DNA from: an uncultured Planctomycetales bacterium
GTDB taxonomy: Bacteria > 4484-113
Assembly (NCBI GenBank): GCA_964554185.1
Contig: CAZKNJ010000004.1
Coordinates: 3,699-67,698, forward strand
Direction of reading: 5' to 3'
Length of the DNA: 64,000 nt
The translations under genes and the position numbers were made by a program. The notes below the pieces were generated by a model that saw nothing but the letters and a program-made list of their open reading frames with translations, was not told the DNA's origin and searched no databases. Of this stretch, positions 21,875 through 31,612 are shown piece by piece. Position 1 is the first letter of the stretch; the number at the start of each line of letters is the position of its first letter.

Positions 21875-22682
21875 GATGCTCGCGCTGGAGTTTATGCAGC
21901 GGGCGCTGCTGGCGGGAGTGCTGACCGCGCTGGTGGCGGGCTACCTGGGCGTGTTTGTGGTTCAGCGCGGAATGTCCTTCATCGGGAGCGGCCTGGCGCA
22001 CGCGGCCTTCGGCGGGGTGGCGCTGGGATTGCTGCTGGGGCGCGAGCCGCTGTGGGTGGCGGTGCCGTTCACCGTGGCGGTGGCGCTGCTCATCACCTGG
22101 GTGCGCGACCGCACCTCGCTATCGGCCGACACGGTCATAGGCATCTTCTTCGCCACCTCCATGGCCCTGGGCATCCTCTTCATCTCGCGGTTGCCCACCT
22201 ACGCGGCGGACGCGTTCACCTACCTGTTCGGCTCCATCCTCAGCGTGAGCTGGGTGGACACGGCCGCAGTGGGCGCGCTGGCGCTGGTGATGCTGGCGCT
22301 GCTGCCGCTGTGGGGGCGCTGGGCCTACGCCACGGTGGACCGCGAAGCGGCGCGGGCCGACCGCGTGCCGGTGCGGCTGGACGACTACATCCTGTCGGTG
22401 CTGGTGGCGGTGACGGTGGTGGTGGCGGCGAAAGTGGTGGGCATTGTGCTCATCAGCGCGTTTCTGGTGATACCGCCGGCGGCGGCGCGGCTGCTCTCGC
22501 GCCGGTTCTTGCAGATGACGGTGCTATCGGTGGCGCTGGGGGCGCTGACGGCGGCGGCGGGCCTGTTCGCATCGTATGCGCTGGATGCGCCCAGCGGCGC
22601 CACCATCATCCTGGTGCAGGCGCTGGTGTTCCTCGCCTGCGCGGGATACTACATCGCCTTCCGCAAAGCCGCGTCGGTGTGA
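21867..22682 (+). CDS. znuB: metal ABC transporter permease
   Basis: ATG 21867 overlapping znuC stop; 271-aa polytopic membrane protein of the ZnuB/MntB type; upstream extension from 21732 is rejected. Confidence 0.75.
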   Translation: MTEMLALEFMQRALLAGVLTALVAGYLGVFVVQRGMSFIGSGLAHAAFGGVALGLLLGREPLWVAVPFTVAVALLITWVRDRTSLSADTVIGIFFATSMALGILFISRLPTYAADAFTYLFGSILSVSWVDTAAVGALALVMLALLPLWGRWAYATVDREAARADRVPVRLDDYILSVLVAVTVVVAAKVVGIVLISAFLVIPPAAARLLSRRFLQMTVLSVALGALTAAAGLFASYALDAPSGATIILVQALVFLACAGYYIAFRKAASV

Positions 22683-22711
22683 GCCCGCACCGCTTGCGGT
22701 AGAATTGCGGC

Positions 22712-23047
22712 ATGGACGCGGAATACGTGGTGGTGAGCACGACGCTGGAGGCGCGGGAGCCGGCGGAGGCGATGGCGCAGGAGATGGTGCAGCGGCGGCT
22801 GGCGGCCTGCGTGCAGCTTACGCCCATCACCAGCTTCTACCGCTGGGAGGGCGAGATTGAGCGGGCCGAGGAAGTTCTGCTGATCGCCAAGACCACGGCG
22901 GAGCGCGCTGAGGAGATACTCAGCTTCATCGCGCAGCATCATCCCTACGAATTACCCGAGATACTGGTGACGCCGGTACTCTCGGGCCACGCGCCGTACT
23001 TGCGGTGGTTGGAGCAGGAAACGGGGACCGGCGCGCGGTGCGAATGA
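22712..23047 (+). CDS. cutA: divalent-cation tolerance protein CutA
   Basis: 111 aa, CutA1 fold gestalt (VVVSTTLEAREPAEAMAQEMVQRRLAACVQL..SFYRWEGEI). Confidence 0.7.
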   Translation: MDAEYVVVSTTLEAREPAEAMAQEMVQRRLAACVQLTPITSFYRWEGEIERAEEVLLIAKTTAERAEEILSFIAQHHPYELPEILVTPVLSGHAPYLRWLEQETGTGARCE

Positions 23048-23119
23048 GCTTCCGGCAGCCGTTATAGAGAAGCGCATGGTGCAGGCTTGGAGGATGTAGA
23101 GCGTCGCTGAACCCATTGT

Positions 23120-23150
23120 TTGACGATTGATGGCGGTGTTGAGGTATAAT
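23120..23150 (+). promoter_or_regulatory. sigma-70-like promoter (TTGACG-19-TATAAT)
   Basis: tTTGACGattgatggcggtgttgaggTATAATac upstream of the large secreted protein gene. Confidence 0.4.
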
Positions 23151-23208
23151 ACTCCTAATCTGCCAGTGCCAAGTGGCACGGCCTCCATGCCAGCAGGAGG
23201 GAAGCGAC

Positions 23209-26200
23209 ATGGGAACCAGGGGCATTCTTCACGGCGTGAGCTGCACGCTAGTTGTCTTCGTAACGACCCTTGCGCTGTGTACGTGCGAGGGCGGTCATCA
23301 CCGAAGCCATCCCGGCTTGCCGGGAGTAGTTGCACTGGATGCCGCAAGGCAGGCACCGGTGGTTCTTGCTCTGGATGAGGTCTTGGCTGAAATCGAAAGC
23401 CACGAGGCCCCGGAAGGCGTCGAGTCAACGCTTTACGAGCGGCTGAGGGATGAACTGGCCCGGCAGCTCCGGCTAAGGGCGGTCGGCAAGATAGTCTGCG
23501 CGCCACCCACCAGCGAGGCGAACCGGGTGAATGACCTTAGCGTAACTGACAACGGTGATGGCCATTACACGCTGATCTGGCACTACCGAAATCAGGGCGA
23601 CTATGATCAAAACGGCACAGTCGCCATTGCGGATATCACCCCGATTGCGATGCACTTCAGCGAGGAGGTGCCGGAGGGCGATACTCAGGGCAACTCGCTG
23701 CAGGCGGTCATTGATAGCAGCGGCAATGGCAAAGTGGATATTGCCGACGTCACCGCCATTGCGATGAGCTTCGGCCGGGAGTGCACGGCCTATGCGATTG
23801 AACGAAGCCTGGAGGAAGATGGCACTTACGTGGAAGTGGCCACCGTGCCGCTCAGCCAGGCCTCAGGGGAAGGACGCTTGGCGTTCAGCTACGGGCTCTA
23901 TCTCACTCCGGGCTGGGTGCGCGTAATCCCGTGTGACGGAGCGGCGGCCCACGGTATCGCCAGTGATCCAGTACGAATTCCCATCGCGGCGAACCAACCT
24001 CCCGTAGCGCAATTGGCCGCGGACCCCGAGGAAGGCGATATGCCCTTATCGGTGAACTTTGATGCCAGCGGGAGTTATGATCCGGATGGAAGCATAGAGA
24101 CCTACGACTACGACTGGGAGGGAGATGGAAGCTACGAACTGCTCGACGGCGGAGCCACGCCGACGCACCTGTACGAGAGCGCAGGCGAGTACAATCCGAC
24201 GGTGAGGGTCAAGGATGATGATAGCGCGGAGAGTACTGCTAGCGTGGCAGTCGCAGTGTGGCTGGGCCGCGGTGACTGGTGGATGTTCGGCCGGGAGCCG
24301 ACTCACAACCATCGAAGCCCTTACGTGGGTCCGCAGACGAACAACGTGAAGTGGGCCTACAACACCGGTGCGGGTATCATCTCAAGCCCGGTAATCGGGG
24401 TAGACGGCACGGTCTACGTGGGAAGCGGGAACGCACTCTACGCTATTACGTCTGAAGGCAATCTCGCCTGGACCTATCCTACCGGTGGGCTCGTGAACGC
24501 GGGCCCTGCGATCGGAAGGGACGGTACGGTATACGCTCCCTGTTTTGACGCCTATCTGTATGCCATCGCGCCTGACGGCAATCTGGATTGGCGCTATCAG
24601 ATGGACATGATGGCATTCTCCAGCCCCGCTATCGCGGAAGACGGGACCATTTACGTGGGGAACCTTGACGGCAACCTCTACGCGATAAATCCTGATGGTT
24701 CATTGAAGTGGCGCTATGAAACGGGCGGTGAGGTTGACTCTTGCCCGGCCATCGGCCCAGACGGAACCGTCTATGTGGGGAGCACGGACAACTACGTGTA
24801 TGCCATACACGCAGATGGGTCACTGTCGTGGCGATACAAGACCGGTTACCTCGTGTACTCAAGCCCGGCAGTGTACGGGGGAGACACTATCCTTGTTGGA
24901 AGCATGGACAACAAGGTTTATTCTCTCGGCACCGACGGGTCGTTCAACTGGGACTACGCGACCGGGGATCCGGTTAACTCGGGACCCGCGGTAGGGGAAG
25001 ACGGCACTGTCTATGTGGGCTCGACCGATAACAAGTTGCATGCGCTGACTCCACAGGGCGGCTTCCTCTGGGCCTTTGAGGCGGCGGACCGCGTGGACTC
25101 GAGCCCCGCTGTCGGCGGGGACGGCACGATCTATTTCGGCAGCTACGACGGCAAAGCCTATGCCGTGAATCCCGACGGCTCGCTGTTGTGGGAGTACCCA
25201 ACCGGAAACAAGGTTAGCTCCAGTCCAGCCATCGCCGAAGACGGCACGCTTTACATCGGTAGTTGGGACGGTTTCCTTTATGCCTTCCGCGATGATGGGA
25301 TTACTCCGCCGTCGGCGAGCATCTCTGCGGATCCAACAGAGGGCATAGCACCATTGCAGGTGCACTTCGACGGAAGCGGCAGCACGGACGACGGCACCAT
25401 CGTCCAGTACGAGTGGGATTGGGACGGCGAGGCTAATGGCTGGACCTGGTACGACTCCGGCACCGATCCCTTGGCGGACCACGTCTACGGCGAGGCGGGA
25501 GCATACGAGGCCGTCTTACGTGTGACGGACGACGATGGCGCCACTGATACCGACTCGGTGCTCATCGAGGTCAGCCCAAATGGCTGGATTGTCAGCGTGG
25601 TTGACGATACTGTGGGGAATGATCCTCTGTCAAGCGAAGTGTACAACTCCTTGGTGGAAGTGGACGGGCGCCCCGGCATCGCTTACTACCATGTGGAGGA
25701 CAAGCAGCTGAAGTTCGCCCTCTGCTCCACTGCCGACGGCACCGGTGACTGGGATATCCAACTGGTGGACGGGGACGCGGATGTGGGCGAATACTGCTCG
25801 CTGGCCATAATCAACGACTTGCCCGCCATCTCGTACTACGATGCATACCCTAACTGCGATCTCAAGTTCGCCATCAACTCCGAGCCCGACGCCTCCGGCA
25901 TCTGGGCGGTTCAAACGGTGGAGACGGAGGGGTATCCCGGCACGCCAAGCTCGTTGGCTGAAGTCGTCGGAAAACCGGCAATGGGCTATCTGGACATGCC
26001 CGCCGACGAGGTCTCATTCGCCAGGAATTCGGTTTCGGACGGGAGCGGGACTTGGTCTTTCTCGGTGGTTGATTCTTTCTGGTCCTGTCAAATGCGGCGG
26101 TGCCAGATGGCCGTGATTGCCGGCAAGCCGGGCGTGGTCTATTTTCACGGCTTCGATATGCAGCTCAAGTACGCGTACAGCAGCCTCGCTGACGGCAGCG

Positions 26201-26667
26201 GCACCTGGGCTATTCACGTGGTGCACGACGTAGGCACACAAATCGGCTACAGGCTAACCCTGGCGGAGATTGACGGCAGGCCGGCCGTGGCCTATCGCTA
26301 TGTGTACGGTGATCCGCAGCAGCTTTGCTTCGCCATCTGCTCGACTGCCGACGGCTCCGGCGCCTGGACGATCTCGGTTGTTGATAGTTCACCTTCGTCC
26401 TTTGACTACCCTTCGCTCAAAGTCGTGGATGGTTATCCGACGATAGCCTACAGTGGGCAGGACGGGTTCTTGCTGTATGCAGTCAACACCATGGCGGACG
26501 CCAGCGGGGGGTGGGTGATCACTCCCATTGCGCATTCCGAGGGCGCAGTTTCGGTAACCAATCTAGCTGTCATTGACGGGTCGCCCGCGGTCAGTTACCA
26601 CGACAGCGGTCCCAGTATACTAGGACCTGAAGACGATTCCTTGAGATACGTCTATAAGGCTAGCTAG
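23209..26667 (+). CDS. large secreted/lipoprotein multidomain protein: dockerin-like repeats, 2x PKD, PQQ-type beta-propeller, BNR/Asp-box repeat propeller
   Basis: Signal/lipobox (LALCTC); dockerin-like Ca loops DYDQNGTVAIADITPIAMHF and DSSGNGKVDIADVTAIAMSF; two PKD-like segments (PLSVNFDASGSYDPDGSIETYDYDWEGDG; PLQVHFDGSGSTDDGTIVQYEWDWDGE); ~7 repeats G(T/S)VYVGS..LYA(I/V)..DGSL.W; C-terminal 6-8 Asp-box motifs S.ADGSG.W. Confidence 0.65.
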   Translation: MGTRGILHGVSCTLVVFVTTLALCTCEGGHHRSHPGLPGVVALDAARQAPVVLALDEVLAEIESHEAPEGVESTLYERLRDELARQLRLRAVGKIVCAPPTSEANRVNDLSVTDNGDGHYTLIWHYRNQGDYDQNGTVAIADITPIAMHFSEEVPEGDTQGNSLQAVIDSSGNGKVDIADVTAIAMSFGRECTAYAIERSLEEDGTYVEVATVPLSQASGEGRLAFSYGLYLTPGWVRVIPCDGAAAHGIASDPVRIPIAANQPPVAQLAADPEEGDMPLSVNFDASGSYDPDGSIETYDYDWEGDGSYELLDGGATPTHLYESAGEYNPTVRVKDDDSAESTASVAVAVWLGRGDWWMFGREPTHNHRSPYVGPQTNNVKWAYNTGAGIISSPVIGVDGTVYVGSGNALYAITSEGNLAWTYPTGGLVNAGPAIGRDGTVYAPCFDAYLYAIAPDGNLDWRYQMDMMAFSSPAIAEDGTIYVGNLDGNLYAINPDGSLKWRYETGGEVDSCPAIGPDGTVYVGSTDNYVYAIHADGSLSWRYKTGYLVYSSPAVYGGDTILVGSMDNKVYSLGTDGSFNWDYATGDPVNSGPAVGEDGTVYVGSTDNKLHALTPQGGFLWAFEAADRVDSSPAVGGDGTIYFGSYDGKAYAVNPDGSLLWEYPTGNKVSSSPAIAEDGTLYIGSWDGFLYAFRDDGITPPSASISADPTEGIAPLQVHFDGSGSTDDGTIVQYEWDWDGEANGWTWYDSGTDPLADHVYGEAGAYEAVLRVTDDDGATDTDSVLIEVSPNGWIVSVVDDTVGNDPLSSEVYNSLVEVDGRPGIAYYHVEDKQLKFALCSTADGTGDWDIQLVDGDADVGEYCSLAIINDLPAISYYDAYPNCDLKFAINSEPDASGIWAVQTVETEGYPGTPSSLAEVVGKPAMGYLDMPADEVSFARNSVSDGSGTWSFSVVDSFWSCQMRRCQMAVIAGKPGVVYFHGFDMQLKYAYSSLADGSGTWAIHVVHDVGTQIGYRLTLAEIDGRPAVAYRYVYGDPQQLCFAICSTADGSGAWTISVVDSSPSSFDYPSLKVVDGYPTIAYSGQDGFLLYAVNTMADASGGWVITPIAHSEGAVSVTNLAVIDGSPAVSYHDSGPSILGPEDDSLRYVYKAS

Positions 26668-26768
26668 CTGCCAGCCGACGAGTGTCTTTCCAGCCTGAAT
26701 GGAGCGGTAGACCGCAGCCGTTGCGCCCGGCGAATAGCCGTGGCCGCTTTCGCGTCTAAACAGGTGAT

Positions 26769-27638
26769 ATGATTGGGCCTATGAGCCGGATGATGCTAAC
26801 AGTGGTTGCAACCCTCTTCGTAGTGGCGCTCCTACCCGCGCCGCCGGCGGAGGCGGGGCTATTCAAGGTATCCAAGAATGATGAGCTGCGGCTGGGCAAG
26901 GGCTTCCACGAGGATTACGCCAAGGAACACAAGTACCTGGACAACACGCCCGAAGGCGCGAACGTCAAGCGCGTGGGCCAGCGGCTGGTGCAACGCAACT
27001 CGGTGACAGACTACACGTTTACCTTCACCCTGGTGGACGACGAGGAAGTCAACGCCTTTGCCGTGCCCGGCGGGTATGTGTACCTCAACAAGGGGCTGTA
27101 CGATTACCTGGCGTACGACGAGTCGATGCTGGCGGCGGTGATGGCGCACGAGATGGGGCATGTGCTTGACCGCCACTACAAGAAGATGTACGAGGACTAC
27201 CTGAAGGCGCAGCTGGGGATAGTCGCGCTGGGGATAGCCGTGGGCGGCCGGGAGGGCCAGGACGTGATGAACGCGCTGAGCCTGGGTGGCTCGCTGGTCT
27301 TTCTGAAGTATTCGCGGGACGACGAGGAGCATGCCGACCGCTGGGGGGTGGAGCTGTCCTACGGCGCGGGCTACGACCCTTACGGGATGGAGCGCGATAT
27401 GCGCCTGTTCTCCAAGCTGGAGAACAAGCTGACGCAAACGGAGCTGTTTGACCTCTGGCGCACCCACCCGCAGCCCAAGGAGCGGATGGACCGCTGCCGG
27501 CGCATCGCCAAGGGCCTGAGCGGGAAGGAAGAGTGGGAGTTCCATCCGCCGATACCGCCGGAGGACCACCCGCTGCGCGAAAAGGAGATCAAGATAATCA
27601 AGCAGGAAAGCGACCGCCCGGAAGCGGGCACGGCCTGA
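26769..27638 (+). CDS. M48-family zinc metallopeptidase (BepA/YcaL-like), secreted
   Basis: Signal peptide; HEMGH zinc motif in AVMAHEMGHVLDRH, downstream EEHADRWG (third ligand region). Confidence 0.7.
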   Translation: MIGPMSRMMLTVVATLFVVALLPAPPAEAGLFKVSKNDELRLGKGFHEDYAKEHKYLDNTPEGANVKRVGQRLVQRNSVTDYTFTFTLVDDEEVNAFAVPGGYVYLNKGLYDYLAYDESMLAAVMAHEMGHVLDRHYKKMYEDYLKAQLGIVALGIAVGGREGQDVMNALSLGGSLVFLKYSRDDEEHADRWGVELSYGAGYDPYGMERDMRLFSKLENKLTQTELFDLWRTHPQPKERMDRCRRIAKGLSGKEEWEFHPPIPPEDHPLREKEIKIIKQESDRPEAGTA

Positions 27639-27644
27639 AGCCGC

Positions 27645-28286
27645 CTATCTAACCTCTCCTTTGTGAGGCACTTTCACGCTCAGCGCGCGCAGCTCGCCGC
27701 CCGCCTTGCTGAAGCGCGCAGTGACCTGCATCGTGCCGCCAAGGTCAAGCTTGTACCCCTCCGTGGTTTTCACCGGAGGCAGCAAGTACCAGGCGAACAC
27801 CTTGTTGCCCAGGATTACGAACCGGGCGGCCGGCTTGCCGAACCGGTCGGTCAGGTCATCCGGCTCCAGGTCTTCCAGCAGAGCTCCCGCAAACTGCAGG
27901 TCAACCGGCTCGTTATCGCCTGCGCCAAACAGCCTTATGGTCACGCCGGTGATGGCGTTGTTGTATGCAACCAGCGTCATCTCTCCGTCGGCGCTCGCTG
28001 CATTAGTAATCCGCGAACCCAGAGGGAGGTAGTAGGATGCGGAGGTTGTGAGGCCGTACTCGGTGATGGAGCTGGGCTTTCCCAGGTACACCACCGTCTC
28101 CTCAAAGTCATCTCCCAGATAAACGCCCACTCCGAAGTCCTCTTCCAGCAGCATCTGCCGGGCTTCCATGAACTGCTGGTTGGTATTGGTGAAAGCGGAC
28201 TTGAGGTTCATCGTGCCCGTCAAGACGAGCACCACCGGTACGCCAATTATCAACAGGACGATTATCGCCCTTAGGGCTACCTTCAT
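27645..28286 (-). CDS. membrane-anchored hypothetical protein
   Basis: 213 aa, N-terminal TM helix (IIVLLIIGVPVVLVL), no family recognised. Confidence 0.45.
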   Translation of the reverse strand: MKVALRAIIVLLIIGVPVVLVLTGTMNLKSAFTNTNQQFMEARQMLLEEDFGVGVYLGDDFEETVVYLGKPSSITEYGLTTSASYYLPLGSRITNAASADGEMTLVAYNNAITGVTIRLFGAGDNEPVDLQFAGALLEDLEPDDLTDRFGKPAARFVILGNKVFAWYLLPPVKTTEGYKLDLGGTMQVTARFSKAGGELRALSVKVPHKGEVR

Positions 28287-28403
28287 CTCGAATCGCCTCC
28301 GCTTGTAGCTTCACTGTTAGACTGCGCTAACGCGAAAATGTTCGCGGCCGGAAGCGGGATTCCAGCTCGAAGTGGTCTAACGGGTTTGAGTTTCGCCCTC
28401 AAC

Positions 28404-28949
28404 TCAGGACGTGAAAGTCCAGTTGACGGGCCGGCAGGTTTCAGGATAGACCTTGCTTGAGAGGCGCACATAGATGTTCTTGAAGTGTTGCCAATCATCT
28501 TTGTACGCCGGAGAGACCGTCATGTCAAGCAACTTAGCAGGGACGCCTACAGCTATCATTTCCTCGGGAACTTCAAAGCCGTTGCGCACCATAGCCCCTT
28601 CGGCCACCACCGCCCACTTATTCACGACCGCCCAGTCGCTGACGATGGCGCCCATGCCGATAACGGCATAGTCCTTGATCGTGCAGTTGTGCAGGATGCA
28701 GCCGTGCCCCAGGGTAACGTGGCTGCCCACACGGGTTATCTCCCCCGGGCGGGCGTGGACTACGCAGTTGTCCTCAACGGAAGTGCTGTCCCCGATTTCG
28801 ATACGCCCGTAGTCCCCCCGAATGCGCGCGCCGGGCCCTACGAAGCAGTTCTCGCCGAGGGCCACATTGCCCATAACCGAGGCCGAATCGCAGATATAAG
28901 TGCCTTTTCCGATGACCGGTGTGTGACCGTCAACTTCGTAAACAGCCAT
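28404..28949 (-). CDS. gamma-carbonic-anhydrase-like / hexapeptide-repeat protein (PaaY/YrdA family)
   Basis: Start MAVYEVDGHTPVIGKGTYICDSASVMGNVALG.., left-handed beta-helix hexapeptide repeats, conserved His residues. Confidence 0.7.
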   Translation of the reverse strand: MAVYEVDGHTPVIGKGTYICDSASVMGNVALGENCFVGPGARIRGDYGRIEIGDSTSVEDNCVVHARPGEITRVGSHVTLGHGCILHNCTIKDYAVIGMGAIVSDWAVVNKWAVVAEGAMVRNGFEVPEEMIAVGVPAKLLDMTVSPAYKDDWQHFKNIYVRLSSKVYPETCRPVNWTFTS

Positions 28950-29038
28950 AGGGTACTCCATACTGTTATACCCACATTGGAGGCTTAACTGGCTTAGTCC
29001 GATTGCTTTAGCTCCCGAATCTCCCTTACAATGGAATA

Positions 29039-30103
29039 ATGCAGATACCGGTCAGCGGATTCCGGATTGTAGGCACCGAGCTCGAAGAGATCACGCCCAA
29101 GACCATGGACGAGGTCGTCGAGCACGTGCGCTCCCAGGAGTTCGTCTGGCTGGATCTGGACTTGCAGAATGCCTCCGTGACCCAGGTGGTAGAGCTTTTG
29201 GAGCAGCGGCTGGACTTCCACCCCCTGGTGGTGGAGGAGTGCATCACACCGGATGTGTATCAGCCGAAGTTTGATGAGGAAAGCGGCTATAAGTTCTTCA
29301 TCCTGCACTACTTCCGGGAAGGGCGCAAGGACTACCTGAAAGCCAGCGAGATCAACGTCTATCTGGGCGACAACTTCGTGATGACCCTGCACCGCAGCCC
29401 CATTCCCACGTATTTGCGGCTGTTTGCGCAAGACCTGCCGGAGGACATCTACAAGTTCAAGGACAAGCCCATCATCTTCTTCTACCACGTGCTGGACATG
29501 CTCATTGACGATTACCTCCGCACGATGGTTACAATCCAAACCCGGGGCGACGAGATAGAGTTTTCCATCTTGGCGCCGTCCGAGGTGCCGGTGCCGGTGG
29601 CGCGGGAGAAGCGGAAGAAGCGCAAGAGCCAGCTAGACGTGATGCGCGAGATTATCGCCCAGCGCCACAATCTCACCCTGATGCGCAAGTCGCTCTCTAT
29701 GGAGCTGACGATTGTGAACGAGCAAGTATCCTCCTACGAGGAGCCGGAAGAGCCGCTGGGCCTGCCCGAAGAAGAGCGCGAGGAAGTTGTGGTTTACCTG
29801 GGCGGCCTGGTGAACCACCTGGAGAAAGCCCTCCAGATTATCGAACATGAGAAAGAAATCCTCGACCAGATACTTGAGGTCCATTCACTGGTGCTCAACA
29901 GCCGCGCCAACGAGGTGATGCGGCTGCTCACCGTATACGCGGCGATATTCATCCCGCTCACTTTCATTGCGAGCTTCTACGGGATGAACCTGGACAACCT
30001 GCACGGCCAGCACTGGAGCTGGTTCATCTGGGTGCTGGATGCGCTGATGCTGGCGGTGGCTGCCGGGATGATCATCTACTTCAAACGCAAGGAGTGGATA
30101 TAG
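29039..30103 (+). CDS. corA: CorA-family Mg2+/Co2+ transporter
   Basis: 354 aa, cytoplasmic N-domain, two C-terminal TM helices with YGMN motif (FYGMNLDNL). Confidence 0.8.
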   Translation: MQIPVSGFRIVGTELEEITPKTMDEVVEHVRSQEFVWLDLDLQNASVTQVVELLEQRLDFHPLVVEECITPDVYQPKFDEESGYKFFILHYFREGRKDYLKASEINVYLGDNFVMTLHRSPIPTYLRLFAQDLPEDIYKFKDKPIIFFYHVLDMLIDDYLRTMVTIQTRGDEIEFSILAPSEVPVPVAREKRKKRKSQLDVMREIIAQRHNLTLMRKSLSMELTIVNEQVSSYEEPEEPLGLPEEEREEVVVYLGGLVNHLEKALQIIEHEKEILDQILEVHSLVLNSRANEVMRLLTVYAAIFIPLTFIASFYGMNLDNLHGQHWSWFIWVLDALMLAVAAGMIIYFKRKEWI

Positions 30104-30106
30104 CCC

Positions 30107-31579
30107 GTGTGCTGCTCCGCACCATTCAACCGCGACACCGACCGCACTGATCCGTTCCTGGCGGCTCACATAGATGCTAACGGCGAAGAAGTGCTGGAGG
30201 AGGGCGAAGGCGCGAAACTGACTCGGCTGGTACGGGAAGGCCGCAGCGTCCTGCGCTGGGTATGGACGAAGGACGAGAAGCCGGAGCATCTGGCGAAGCT
30301 GATACCCGCACTGCCGTCGTTCCTGCCGGGGTTTGAGGACCTGCTGCTGGACGGCAGCGGATTCACCGCCGACGGCTATGAGAGGAGCTTGGAAGATGCC
30401 GGTGAATGGTTGGGAGTATCCGCCGCGCTGCCTCTGCTGGCGCAGGCCTACGACTTGGACGCCGAGCTAGACCGCAACGCGGGGGCAAGGCTCGGGCAGT
30501 TCGATCCGGCACGGGTGTATCTGCGCAATGCGAATCCAACGAGACTATCAGGGCTGGACGACTTCCGGTTGCGTTTCTACCATCTTGAAGACCTGTCCTC
30601 CGACGCTGAGCCGCTGGGGCTGACGGGGGGAACGGCGAAGTTGCTGGCTGGCCGCCTGAAAGAGCTGAAGCCGGCGAAGGCCTTTGCGCAGAACCACCGC
30701 GTGATGCTGGAGCTGGCGCGGCGCACGGCGGAAGCGCCAGAGCGGCTGGGCAGAGAAGTGGCGGCGTTGAAGCTCTCGCTGCAGATAGCCACGCGAACGG
30801 ACATGGGCAAGAAGCGCGAGAACAACGAGGATGCGAACCTTACGCTTACGAGCGGCATTGAGGGCATTGGTGAATCTTCAGCGCTGTTCGCGGTGGCGGA
30901 CGGGATGGGCGGCCATAACGCGGGCGAGTTCGCCTCGGCACTCAGCCTTGAGCTGCTGCGCTTCTACTCCGGGCTGTGGCCCTTGGGGCGCGGCACCCGC
31001 ACGCACGGCATTCCCGACCTCATCGCCGAACACTTGCAGAGCATTCACTCCGAGATTGCTTCCGTCGCTGCGAGCGAGGAAGGGCTTGAAGGGATGGGCA
31101 CAACCATTACCGGCCTCTTCTGTACTTCGCAGGCGGACATCACGTGCGAAACCGCGCTGGCGACGGTGCGCAGCTTCGTGTTCAATGTGGGCGACTCACG
31201 CGCATTTGCGGTAAACGCTGGAGGCCTGCGGCCGCTTACCCGCGACCATTCATTGGTGCAGGAGCTGTTGGATGCGGGCAACATCACCGAGGAAGAAGCC
31301 CAGGAACACCCGCAGCGCAACGTCATATCCCAGGGGCTGGGCGCGGCGGTGGAGCTGAAGCCCGACGTGTGGCCGTTCAGGCTGCCGCTGGACGCCTATC
31401 TCGTCATCTGCTCTGACGGGCTTACGGATCTGGTGCGCAAGGACGAGCTGGTTGCGCTGGCCGCGAAAGTGGAAAGCCCGGCTGCGCTCGCTGACGAGTA
31501 CATTGACGCCGCACTGGACGCAGGCGGCCGCGACAACATAACCGTAATCGTGTTGAAGCCGATTCTTTCGGCGAACTGA
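30107..31579 (+). CDS. PP2C-family Ser/Thr protein phosphatase with ~230-aa N-terminal domain of unknown function
   Basis: GTG 4 nt after corA stop; C-terminal PP2C motifs (ENNEDA.., FAVADGMGGH.., ICSDGLTD, GGRDNITVIV). Confidence 0.7.
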   Translation: MCCSAPFNRDTDRTDPFLAAHIDANGEEVLEEGEGAKLTRLVREGRSVLRWVWTKDEKPEHLAKLIPALPSFLPGFEDLLLDGSGFTADGYERSLEDAGEWLGVSAALPLLAQAYDLDAELDRNAGARLGQFDPARVYLRNANPTRLSGLDDFRLRFYHLEDLSSDAEPLGLTGGTAKLLAGRLKELKPAKAFAQNHRVMLELARRTAEAPERLGREVAALKLSLQIATRTDMGKKRENNEDANLTLTSGIEGIGESSALFAVADGMGGHNAGEFASALSLELLRFYSGLWPLGRGTRTHGIPDLIAEHLQSIHSEIASVAASEEGLEGMGTTITGLFCTSQADITCETALATVRSFVFNVGDSRAFAVNAGGLRPLTRDHSLVQELLDAGNITEEEAQEHPQRNVISQGLGAAVELKPDVWPFRLPLDAYLVICSDGLTDLVRKDELVALAAKVESPAALADEYIDAALDAGGRDNITVIVLKPILSAN

Positions 31580-31612
31580 GGTTCACCCGGCTGGCCAATA
31601 CAGGAGGATTCT

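Noticed and set aside
22052-22702. 216-aa Gly/Arg-rich ORF
   Set aside because: Alternative frame of the znuB permease; composition-driven artefact
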